From Mobula hypostoma (taxonomy: Eukaryota), in assembly GCF_963921235.1 (NCBI RefSeq), contig NC_086109.1:35838001-35902000 (forward strand): 64,000 bases of DNA, written 5' to 3'. How positions within the stretch are numbered: the stretch's first letter is position 1; each line of letters starts with the position of its first letter. Both the position numbers and the translations under genes were made by a program. This document shows positions 10,418 to 22,143 of the stretch, piece by piece. Under the pieces are notes generated by a model. That model did not search any database, had not been told where the DNA came from, and was given only the letters and a program-made list of their open reading frames with translations.

Positions 10418-12144
10418 TGTTCAAGTTCAACAGTGCGTGACAGGGAATGAGGAAAGGTGCAGCTGATTCATATCGTTTCATATCGCCAAATCATATTGCT
10501 TCCTCATGGCCCGGTAGCACATGCTTTACGGGCCGGTACCGGTCCGCGGCCCGGTGGTTGGGGTCCACTGTTGTAAAGTACCAGAAAACTTCATCCCAGG
10601 AAAGTAAATTTTCACCTTTGGTTTTAGGTGTAATGAATCACATCCCATTAATATATTAGAACTCATCAAGAAAGTAGATAAACCATGAATAACCAGAAAA
10701 CCCCATTTATTTTACATTTTAAGAGCTTACAAGACAGAATTCATATACAGAGAACATTAAAATGTATAAGGACTCACTGAGGAGAAATTAGCATAATGAT
10801 GGACATTTACTGTCAAAGGTGAGAAAACAACAACATCGTGCTATGTCTTCATAATCATAAAGGATAGTGTAACTGAATGGAACACAGTCTATTTCCAGAC
10901 ATCCACTGTCAACAACAAACCCATTCCAGCCCCAACTTATTTGACAAAAATACTATCTCCTCTATCCTGGCAGAGTGACCCACAAGTGACAAATTATGCA
11001 GTAGGATTGTTTTTATACTTTTTTTAATTACACAGAATCTATCTAGTTTCTGCATATTGTCTCCTCCAAAATAGGGTTGAAGGTTATGACCTTTTTTCTG
11101 ATATTTTTCAGACTTTGACTTGTGCATCGTGGGTAGAGGATCAGTTTACAGATGACTCAGTGCTCAAAAAACCTATGAAGAGGTTAGTCACAGATTTCAG
11201 GAGGGCATAAATTAGTAAATTGGACAGCCACCTGGCAGTTATGATTAATTATATTAAGTGTAAAGTAAGCCATTTTGGCAGAAAGAGTGACAGTAGGCAA
11301 CAATAGCAGAAAAACTTCCTTTTGCATTACACCTTTAATGTATCAAAATATCCCTAGATGCCTCTTTATGTCCTATCAACAAAATATATTGCTGGTGCAC
11401 ATAACATCAGGTGATGAAAAGATGAAGAAATACAGAACAACCTTAAAGGAAGAAAGAGCTCCTAAGAGAATTAGGAAGGGAATTGGTAGTTGACGACCTA
11501 GGCACTGAAAGGCATATCCATCAGTGGTGAGGTTATAAATATCAAGATGATCATAAGGAAGATATTACTGAGAGGTCTGTAGGTGGAGAAGAAAATAAAA
11601 ATCACAGGGGAAGCTTGGAATCAATGTTGGAGATTTTAAAATTAACATTTTTTTTACTGGGACTGACAGCTGTGAAGGTCTGCAACACACAGGTGACAAT
11701 GAAGGTAACATGTTGAGAATTTGGGAACAGGTGGTGGAGTTTGGGTTGAGTTAAAGTTTACATTCCTCCACTATCAACTCTGCTCTCAAACGCATCTCCC
11801 CCATTTCACGTACATCTGCTCTCACTCCATCCTCCCGCCACCCCACTAGGAATAGGGTTCCCCTGGTCCTCACCTACCACCCCACCAGCCTCCGGGTCCA
11901 ACATATTATTTTCCGTAACTTCCGCCACCTCCAACGGGATCCCACCACTAAGCACATCTTTCACTCCCCCCCCCCCGCATTCCACAGGGATCGCTCCCTA
12001 CGCAACTCCCTTGTCCATTCATCCCCCCCATCCCTCCCCACTGATCTCCCGCCTGGCACTTATCCGTGTAAGCGGAACAAGTGCTACACATGCCCTTACA
12101 CTTCCTCCCTTATCACCATTCAGGGCCCCAAACAGTTCTTCCAG

Positions 12145-12471
12145 GTGAGGCAACACTTCACCTGTGAGTCGACTGGGGTGATATACTGCATCCGGTGCTC
12201 CCAATGTGGCCTCTTATATATTGGCGAGACCCGATGCAGACTGGGAGACCGCTTTGCTGAACATCTACGCTCTGTCCGCCAGAGAAAGCAGGATCTCCCA
12301 GTGGCCACACATTTTAATTCCACATCCCATTCCCATTCTGACATGTCTATCCACGGCCTCCTCTACTGTAAAGATGAAGCCACACTCAGGTTGGAGGAAC
12401 AACACCTTATATTCCGTCTGGGTAGCCTCCAACCTGATGGCATGAACATCGACTTCTCAAACTTCCACTAA
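12145..12471 (+). pseudogene. GIY-YIG endonuclease domain of the PLE ORF (C-terminal fragment)
   Basis: FTCESTGVIYCIRCSQCGLLYIGETRCRLGDRFAEH...VATHFN...EQHLIFRLGSLQPDGMN. The upstream CKRNKCYTC linker is in the same reading frame. Confidence 0.9.
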
Positions 12472-12772
12472 TGCCCCACCTCCCCCTCGTACCCCATCTG
12501 TTACTTATTTTTATACACACATTCTTTCTCTCACTCTCCTTTTTCTCCCTCTGTCCCTCTGAATATACCCCTTGCCCATCCTCTGGGTCTCCCCCCCCAC
12601 CCCCACTTGTCTTTCTTCCCGGACCTCCTGTCCCATGATCCTCTCGTATCCCTTTTGCCAATCACCTGTCCAGCTCTTGGCTCCATCCCAACCCCCTCCT
12701 GTCTTCTCCTATCATTTTGGATCTCCCCCTCCCCCTCCAACTTTCAAATCCCTTACTCACTCTTCCTTCAGT

Positions 12773-12810
12773 TAGTCCTGACGAAGGGTCTCGGCCTGAA
12801 ACGTCGACTG
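12773..12810 (+). ncRNA. Minimal type-I hammerhead ribozyme motif
   Basis: Stem I UAGUC/GACUG; core CUGACGA; stem II AGG/CCU; GAAA; palindromic ACGU stem III; predicted GUC cleavage after 12805. Confidence 0.75.
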
Positions 12811-13117
12811 CACCTCTTCCTAGAGATGCTGCCTGGCCTGCTGCGTTCACCAGCAACTTTTATGTGTGTTGCTTGAAGGAAAAGTTGAGCCTGGATGTAA
12901 GAATGTTTGCTAAAGATTTTTAGCAGTAGATTAGCTGAGATGGGATGGGATTGGGCAGTGGTACAATATGACACAGTGGCACAGTTAGAAGAGAATTAAA
13001 AGATAGAACATTACAGGCTTTTTAGCCTATGATGTTGTGCTTACCTTTTCAACCTAAGTTAATATCTAACCCTTCCCTCCTACTTAGTGCTTCATTTTCT
13101 GTCAGCCATGTGTCTCA

Positions 13118-13410
13118 AAGCTCCAGTAACCCAAGTTCAATCCTGACCACTGGTGCTTTCTTTGTGCAGTTTGCACTTTCTCCCTCTGGCCACATGCGTA
13201 GTATCCAGGTGCTTTGCTTTCCTCTCACGCCCCAAATACACATGGGTTGGGAAGTTAATTAGCTGCCATAAATTGACCCTATTGTAGGCGTGAGGTAGAT
13301 CCTGGGAGATGGGGGTAATGATAGGAATGTGGAGAAGAATGATTATAGGGAAAATTGGCAAGAAAACCAGTATAGACCTAGTGAGCCAAAATGATTCCCT
13401 TCTATGTCAC
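13118..13410 (+). mobile_element. tRNA-derived V-SINE (HE1-like)
   Basis: B-box-like AGTTCAATCC, V-domain-like GTGCAGTTTGCAC.TTCTCCC...GTGCTTTGCTTTCCTCTCAC, and a CR1-like 3' end. Confidence 0.65.
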
Positions 13411-13917
13411 GTGGAAATGTAGAAATAACTTGTCTTTGTTAAGACATCACTAGCAGGTTGAAACTTAATTTAGGATTCAGTATATCACCTAGGTTGCCAA
13501 AAAAGGTTAGTTTTAGGCAGTGGTAAGAGAAAATGGTAGAGATTCTGATGAGGCTGATATCTTTGATATTCATGGTATTGGTTCATGGACAAGGATACAA
13601 CAATGTGTTGGCTCACGTTGCACTTTACATTCACCTGCTGGGAGTTGCCAACAGTTGCCAACATCCTGCTGATCTCATTGCTGGGACCATTCTGCTGAAG
13701 ACCACACTTTAACTGGCAAGCAGACTGCAGGTGATGGAAACCAAGGCCCACCCCACAGACCACCCTGAATGCCTTCTGATTGCTCATGGTGCTCAGGGGC
13801 ACTTGGAATGCATTTAACCAGTAAGAAGAAATCCATTTAAGATAACATTCAACTTGTATACATCAGTCAAAAAATTAACTAAAACAAATGTTAAAAATGT
13901 TACCTTCATTTATTAAT

Positions 13918-14035
13918 AAAGACGGGGTTTCAACTTAAAATGTTAACAATTTCTTCCCCCCGCCCCCCGCCCCGGATGCTGCAGTTCCTTGCTGATTTGC
14001 TTGTTGCTCCAGATTCTGGCATCTGCAGTCACTTG
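13918..14035 (+). mobile_element. Degenerate PLE 3'-end remnant
   Basis: ...AAAATGTTAAC...GGATGCTGC...CCAGATTCTGGCATCTGCAGTC resembles the PLE terminus at 27700-27810. Confidence 0.5.
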
Positions 14036-17000
14036 TAACCCCAGTGACATGAATGGGATGGTGCTTGATGCACTAGGTCTGACTAGTATAAAGCTGAGAG
14101 ATAGTTACCAGGTTTATCTGGCCTTCAAGTTGGACCACCAAAGAGCTGCTGCTCTTCCTCTTTATACCACCAAAGAGCAAGAAGTCACAGCAGTACAATA
14201 TTTTTGAATGATGTTGCTGAAGAAAAATTGTAGATCCAAAGTAGGAAGGGCCAAAGGTAGATCTATGGGGTCTCCAAGGATAATGGTGTGGGCATGGGAA
14301 AACACAATATTACTGTCAATGTGTAAATAAATATGGAGTACCACTCAACATGACTTACACACCAACTGTTCAAATTCCAAGAGGGGGCGAAACAGCGACA
14401 TGCATTATTGAAGTTACAGAACTTGTTGCAGAAGTAATTTAAGAGAATAGAAAAGTAATGGTGCAATCTTTTTTAATAACATGCTTTTTCACTAAAGTTA
14501 ATGGAACAAATTTCAGGGATTGGACACAACAGGATGACACTATAGTATGTTTACTAGTAATATCTAGGGATAAATTTCAAGACCAGGTTTTTTTTTCCCA
14601 GTAGGAGGAGGAAGATCATAATGTAAGAACACAGATATAAGTTGAATGGCAAGAAGAACCTGAGGTAAAATGAGACTAATCAGGTGAAACTGCAGGGCAC
14701 CAAACAGTGGAAAAGATCAACGAAGTGGGGTTATCTCTCTTGACGACAGAGATTGGAATAGTGTGGTTTTGGAGCCTGGTGTTGGACATGCTGCTTACAT
14801 AACATACTGATGGAGTATAATTGGGGTCACAATGCTGGGAATCTAGGCCTGGGAAAGCACACTGAATCAGTTAATTTGCCTTTCCATTGAATTTAGAGAA
14901 TCTTGTGGAAACAATCTTGGTGCTACCTTTCCAGTGCCTTGAAGTTTCCTGACCATATCCTATCAGATGATGGGATGTTGATGGGTGGCGTATAAATCAG
15001 AAACAGAAAGGGAGCATAGATGTACTCATAGAGAACAATAGAGGTAATGAAGTGAAATCAAGAATATGGAATATTACTGATGATTCTCTTGCAATGAAGC
15101 TCAATGCCCCACTTGCTATAGCTACATTGCAATGATTTATTTTCCTGCAGTGCCAGGTACCTCTGAATCAAATCTTCTCAATTTCTTACCCTTTGAGAAA
15201 ATAGATCCCCACAAACGTGCAAAACCTTCAGAAAAGCTCAAAAAAAAAGCTTTTAACTCTTCAGCAGACTTTGCTAAGCTTGTAGAGGAAGGGTTAGAAT
15301 AAATCATAGAGGAACATGAACTGACAAGAATAACTGATGTTAATTGGCACTCAGGTTACTTTTTAGTCCAACAGCTGAGGCTCAGCCATTGGATAATGAA
15401 GTCATGATGCTAACACATCACTGATCATAATCCGGGTCCTCCTTAGGTAAAAGGTTAAAATTAATGAACTAGATCAAATAACTTCTTAACCAAATGGCTT
15501 CCCAAAGTGGTAATATTGTAAGACTGCTGGTTTCCTCCTTTTTGACTAGTTGACTAAAGAGAACAAAGTCTGTGTACTGTTTTGTGTGAATATACACCTT
15601 TACAGAGAGAATTCACTCCAAGCTTGATTCCACATCATTAGTCAAACATGACTCTCGTGAGATTATAGGCAGCGGAAGCAATTGAATGGAGGTTTAATTG
15701 GAAGAATAAGATGCATTGTTGATACTGCTACTATTGTATAATTATTTAAGTTGTCCCATATATTGTCTGATAAAACAAGGCCGAGACAGTTTGTCATGCT
15801 TCAGAAGAAAATCATATATATTATGCATGGCATGTCATTCTTCATGATCATCAGGAAATAAAAAAGACACTGACTGCATTTCATTATTAATGATTTTGAA
15901 TATTGCCTGAAGTTTGTAAAAGCTGTTAAGTATGGGCTATATGTAGTTAAAGGCAGTGAATATCATTTTGACTTCAGAATTTTACATAAAATATTTAGTA
16001 TTTAAAGTGTTATTTTGGTGCATGCCATCTTACCCTAGTTACAATATGTATGTAAGCTATAAATGATTGGGAATTCTTATATCATACACTGACTGTAGGT
16101 GAAATAATAGAAGAAGAAGAATGTAACAAGTATATTCAATTTGTTTTAGGGAACTAAGAATGATTATATATGCTTATGACATGGGGATGAACATGATCAA
16201 TGGGTCAGATTGAGCATGGTCTTTAACAATGATATATCAATCTCTGATTTAAAATAAAGGTCAAGTACCATTTGAGATCAGAGTTAAACAAACATCATTC
16301 TTTCAATGTAACCTGTGACAGGTCTGCTCAGGGATTCGTGAAATAGGTTGAGACATTGGATTTAATTCATTGAGTATAGGAGGGTCGGCAATAATGAGTC
16401 ACCAAAGTTTGTTTTTCCCCTTTTTCCTTATCTAGAAAGTATTGTCCCGACGTGAACAGCTCCATAATCAATTGACCTTAACCCAATGAAGAAATGTCTG
16501 ATGTCTCACTCATGCCACATGAGGTGGAAATTCTTTTCTCTATCAAGGTTCTAATTTTATAGCTTATTGGTATTGTATTTTGTTTCACTTACTGCAAATT
16601 CAATGCTGTATAAACTCTACGCTTTGAAAAGTGCCACATTTGCAAAAAACTAATTATCCAATAGGATTTTTTTTTAATTTGTAGTTTTTTTATTTGCATA
16701 CATCTATGTAGGGAATAGTTAACAACTTTTGAATTTGTACAATTAAAACTTTATCTTAAAAGACTTCAAATGCGTACTTGGAGCAATTTCTTGGATTCCC
16801 TGACAATCTTGCATATACTATCTTTGGAACATTACTGAAGCATAATATCGATGAATAATACCACCATACTGACATTCTCAGGTACCAATGGGACTTCTAA
16901 TTGGTTCAACCTTTTTGTTGACAATCCATTTACTTCTTAAACAATCCCTTTCTCTTCCACCTGATATTATCTGCCAGTCTTCATCATTCCTGCCATCTAA

Positions 17001-18011
17001 CCATTCTGATATTCTTGGGTTCTCTTTTATGCTTTTTATAATCCTCAGCTGAAAACAATCATAGCTGCAATGCTTATTTCCATTATTCATAAATATTCAT
17101 TATTCAGAACTGGACAGCACTGAAGTAAGCTAATCAATCTATTGCACAAATGCCAAATTGGTTGAATGTCTTCCTTCATTCCTTGTATATCCCTGTTTTT
17201 CACTTCCATTCAACTATTTATCGGAATCTATTTTAGAAGTTTCTATAATCTTCGGAAACTTACAATACAACAAGAGGCCATTTGACTCATTATGGATGTG
17301 CTGGTCAATAAAGGGCTACCCAGCTTAATCACAATTTCTAGTACTAGATTCATGGTCTGCAGATCAAGACCATTCATGCACATATCCAAGTACTATTTAA
17401 GTAGGGTTTGGACCTCAACCATTCTTTAAATTATGGATCATCTCTACACTGTGTGTATGTGTATCACAGATTTCCTGTCACATGGTATTAAATGTTCAAA
17501 CTGTGCTCTAACTAATATGGTATAAAGTTCTGGTATAATCTTTCTTTTGTATTCTATACCTTTGTTAATAAAGCAGCACACACTATAAGCTATTCCATCC
17601 AATGTTTTGACTTAAACTGCTGTTTTTTAAGGATTTATGAACCTCTATTCCTCCTCTTGTCTCAATATCTTCCCATTTATTGTTTCTTATTGCCTTGTTT
17701 CTCCTTTCACTACCTCTTTAGCTAACACATTAAAACTTTCATTAACTTACCTGTACTAATGTTATATCACTAATGACACTTCTGTTCTTTTGTCATTTAG
17801 ACTAAAGCTGAGTTATTTGGTTACTGATCTTTCTACCAACAGAACTAATTTGCTGTTGTTAATTCTATCAAGATTATTCAGGACTGTGAACATCTCTTTC
17901 AAATTTCACCTCAGTCACTCCATAAAACTCTTCATATCTCTATGGGTAGACTCTACCTGCTCACTTAACCTTATCTGATTGCTTTTGTAGCCTTTCCATG
18001 TTATCCAAAGT

Positions 18012-18091
18012 TAGGGGTTCCCAATCTTCTTCATGCCACAGATCCCTACCATTAACTGAAAGGTCTGTGGATTCCAGTTTGGCAACTCCTG
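18012..18091. mobile_element. 80-bp hAT-type mini-MITE
   Basis: TIRs TAGGGGTTCCCAA / TTGGCAACTCCTG; TSD TCCAAAGT / TCCTAAGG; related to 54175-54255 in opposite orientation. Confidence 0.65.
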
Positions 18092-20354
18092 TCCTAAGGG
18101 TTTACTGCAGATCAAAACTAGATAGTAAGGTATCAATATCACATCTCCACAGCTGCTCAGCCATCTTAAACACCTTTCAACACATATATTCAGTTATTAT
18201 AGACATTTTACCTATGTTTGCTTAAAAAATCTGAAATGTAATACTGTATAAATACATACTGATTTCTAAACTTTAAATGTATTAATTAACCTTACAGAAT
18301 TAACATGCAGAAATAAATATTAATCCTGTTCTGTGAATTCCATCTCACACAGACAAAAATTCTTAGAGTTTATCCTATACTTGTTTTTGAAACAAGCTGC
18401 TTGAAAAGATTTTTATTATAAATTCTTTGTAAATTGTTGTCATTTTCTGACCTTTTAATTTGGACCAAGCACATTTAATTGAAAATGCTCTTTAAATTTC
18501 CAGAAAGAACTCGATCTTCTCTTTGGATTCTGAAAGTTAAGAAATAGCTGGAAACCCTTATTAATCAGGCATTGTTTGAGGGAGAGGGAGAAAAAGAACT
18601 AATGTTTCAAGCTGATAACATTTCATGGAACTTGCTTGTGGATCCTGCAGTGCTCACAATCCTGATTCTTAATAAACTCTTACAATTTATGGCATTGTAT
18701 TTAATTATCTAGAGCTGATTTCCGTATGATTTGTAACAGTTTATGAGAAGGATGAAATTTGCATTTAAACTGCAGCTTTACTCAAGGAAATTTAAAATGC
18801 TTTACTGCCAATAAAGCCATCACTGTTGGTTCAGAGTAATCAGTTTATACAATGTAAAATCATACCAGTATTCTACTATTGGAGGTACTGGGTGAAAAAA
18901 GAATCATATCTCTTCTTCTCTATTATTAGGGGATCTTTAGCACTGTTCTAAGCGTACAGAGATTTTTCTTTTGTTTAATATCCCATCTAAGTTACAATGG
19001 TGAAGAAATTGGACAAGTTTTAAACACCACAGGTGCTTTTAGTTCCTGCTATACTATCGTGCACACTTTGTTCAGGAGTGCACTGAGTGCCATGTGCTGC
19101 AAAAGAATATTGACCATCAGGCTCTGCATGGTGCCTGGATACACAAGTGTGTGTATAGATCTGGCCACTTGGTGGATTCCTTCATGCTCTTTGATTTTGA
19201 AAGCAAGCTTTATACATGGGGTTTCATCCTCTGGCAAATGTCACTCATGTTATCCTTGCCTCCTGTCCTGACTGCTGAAGTCCCCACCCTAATGTTTAAC
19301 AACATGCGAATCATGTCTTTTTTCTTCCTTTCAATTTAAGGCAGTTCTGATTTATAACTTTTTGCACAGACTGGACAAGTTGTAGCTTTTGAATGTCAAA
19401 ATATAACGAGGCATGAGAACTATTGAAGTGACCAGGCAAGATAAGAGATGCAGGATTATTGATTTGTGATTAGCACATTGGAATTAAATACAGGGATGAG
19501 GGTGAAATGTGATATAAGCAAGAAACTCAGTGTGCCTGCAGTATAACCTTGATGGTTGTAACCAAGTGGCGGTAGACACAGGAATTCATTCAAATAATGG
19601 TCAGTACCATTTCCTCATCCAGATTAGATCACATACAGTACACGTTCCTTTCTCACTGGGTTAATGCTCTATTGCATTGTGTGCACCTTCATCCAGTGAA
19701 AGAGGAAAATGATGCAAAATGTTTGAGTGATTTGGAGATACAAGAAACTGTAGATGCTAGAAGCTGGATGAACTCCACAGGTCAGGCAGCATTGGAGGTT
19801 CACGGACGGATAATGTTTGGGTTTAGACTGTTTATCTGGACCACTCATTACTCCCTATCTTGTTGAATTCCTCCAAATTGTTGTTAGTTGATTGAGTGAT
19901 TTAGCTGACCTGGTTTTGCAGTTGGTAGATAAAGGAAGCAGCAAAATTTTGGTTTGAGGTTAAATGCATTGCAGACTGTATGAGTGTGTTGAATATTCAG
20001 CATAGTGGAAATCAGTTCTTCTTGATAGAAATTGCCAACAATTGAGTATGAATTGAAGAACATCTGATGCTTATGGCTTTAAAAGATGCATTCTCTGTCC
20101 TTTTTCATATTGGATCACATGGCACTCTAAACATCACTGCAAAATTAGACCACCTTGGCTATTTTCTAATGCATTCGGTGTGTTTGTTTGAAGGGATGTG
20201 TGTTCCCTGTAGAAATTAGTTAGCTCTAGTTCATATTATTTTCATCATCTAAGCTTCCACTGCGGGATCCTAACATGTTGGTGCTCCCACCCTCCCACAC
20301 TACATGACTCCTCACTTGTCAAGACCTGATTCATCCTCTTTCAAGTGGTCAAAT

Positions 20355-21195
20355 ATAGAGTCCATGGTGTTATACAACATAGAACCAGGTCTTTTGGCTC
20401 AACTGGTCCATACCAAATAAGATGTTGCATCCAAACTAGTCCAATTAGCCAGGGTTCAGCCCAAAACCTTTTAAACTTTACCTATCAAGTACCTGCCCAA
20501 ATGTCTTTTAAAAGTTGTTACTGTACTTACATCAACCACTTCCTCTGGCAGCTGATTCCACATGGATATCTCCCTTTGTGTAACAAATTACCTCCCAAGT
20601 TCTTGTTAACTCTTTCCCTTCTCAACTTAAACCTATACCCTCTACCATTTGATTCCAACTGACCCTGCAGCTGAGGTCTACATCCTTCGGGCTCCTGGGC
20701 TAGCTGCAGAGCTGAATTGACTGAACTCTGGGGTCTCTGCAGTTCATATTCTGTGTGTTAATTGTTTAAATTTTTATTGTTTGCACGATTTTTGCACATT
20801 GGGTGTTTGACGGTCTTGATTGTATAGGGTTTTTTAATGGGTTCAATTGTGTTTCTTTGTTTTGTGACTGCTTCCAAGGAGGCAAACCTCAAGATTGTAT
20901 ATAATATACGTACTTAGATAATAAATATACTTTCAACTTTTATCTTTGAAATAGTGCATTTAATCTTGAGATTTTATACGCCTTTATAAGTTCACCTCTC
21001 AGTTGCCTACACTCCAGAGTATGAAGTCCTAGCCTGCTCATCCTCTCCATATAACTCAGTCTCTGCAGTTCTGGCAACATCCTTTCTGCATTCTTTTAAA
21101 TCTTTTCTGCATTTTTTCCAGTTTAATAACACCTTTGCTCTAGCAGAGTGACCAAAACTAAACACAAAGCTCCAAGTACAGTCAGCACCAGAGAT
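20355..21195 (-). mobile_element. Old CR1 3' fragment interrupted by a plus-strand retroposon (about 20660-20950)
   Basis: CR1 3' motifs (ACCACTTCCTCTGGCAGC, TCTCCATATAACTCAG...GGCAACATCCT). The insert ends AATAAATATACTTTCAACTTT. Confidence 0.55.
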
Positions 21196-21434
21196 CAGGA
21201 TAAATTTCTGGCTTCTGAAGCTGTAAAGTGACAGCTCTAATCGTTGTTTCAAAGTGCCATTCAGCACCAGCCTTCAGCTTTGACCTCAAATGAACTTTAA
21301 ACACCAGAATAGTGACCTTAGCATCTAGCTACAATTTGACTTCAGCACAACCATTTCACTTACTAGAATTTTGAAATATGAACATCTGGAAAAGCAGTCT
21401 TGGGCAAGGATTAATTGACGCAATTTATGGTTTA

Positions 21435-21716
21435 GACTTTGTAGTTCACATTATGATGTGTTTCTGGGTTGTGGATAGTTCTGTTCATGTTGCTATTTTG
21501 GATTATTTTGAATCGGGGCAGCCTGCACTTATACACTGAGCTTAACGAATAGGCCTGGACTCTTGATTTTTGTGTTTTATATTCTGTGTTTTTTTGTCCT
21601 TTTTTTTTGTTGACATTTGTGCATTTGTTTTTTTTTTGCAGGTGGGGGCAGGTGGGAGTGTTGATGCTTTTTCTTTGAATGGGTTCCACCAAAAGCAGCA
21701 GATATAACAGTTTGAA
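21435..21716 (+). mobile_element. Short non-coding retroposon fragment
   Basis: T-rich body (ATATTCTGTGTTTTT...TTGTGCATTTGTTTTTT) shared with 20745-20810 and, inverted, with 63400-63560. Confidence 0.45.
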
Positions 21717-21774
21717 ATATCCCGAACACAAAAAAAAATGGAATCAGTCAACGTAGAAAATAGGTCTGCCTTTA

Positions 21775-22143
21775 ACAGAAACATAGAAAATAGGTGCAGG
21801 ATTAGGCCGTTTGGCCCCACAAGCCTGCACCGCCATTAAGTACGATCATGGCTGATCATCCAACTCAGAACCCTGTACCTGCCTTCTCTCCATTCCCCCT
21901 GATCCCTTTAGCCACAAGGGCCATATCTAACTCCCTCTTAAATATAGCCAATGAACTGGCCTCAACTGTTTCCTGTGGCAGAGAATTCCATAGATTCACC
22001 ACTCTCCGTGTGAAGAAGTTTTTCCTCATCTCGGTCCTAAAAGGCTTCCCCTTTATCCTTAAACTGTGACCCCCTCGTTCTGGACTTCCCCAACATCGGG
22101 AACAATCTTCCTGCATCTAGCCTGTCCAATCCCTTTAGAATTT
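21775..22143 (-). mobile_element. CR1 LINE 3' end
   Basis: ORF 21865-22116 reads RGHSLRIKGKPFRTEMRKNFFTRRVVNLWNSLP. (TTTCTATG)-type tail at 21775-21790. Confidence 0.9.

Larger units (their letters stand above)
9250..10570. mobile_element. hAT-type MITE (outer element), carrying nested insertions
   Basis: TIRs CAGGGGTCCCCAACC / GGTTGGGGTCCACTG (13/15). 8-bp TSD TTGTATAA / TTGTAAAG (6/8). Confidence 0.8.
11761..12877 (+). mobile_element. Penelope-like element (PLE), 5'-truncated: linker, GIY-YIG endonuclease and 3' pseudo-LTR (pLTR)
   Basis: GIY-YIG ORF, followed by a pyrimidine-rich 3' region nearly identical to 27390-27792 that contains a hammerhead motif. Confidence 0.9.

Noticed and set aside
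13118..13200. tRNA gene
   Set aside because: Only a degenerate B-box within a SINE head; no cloverleaf.
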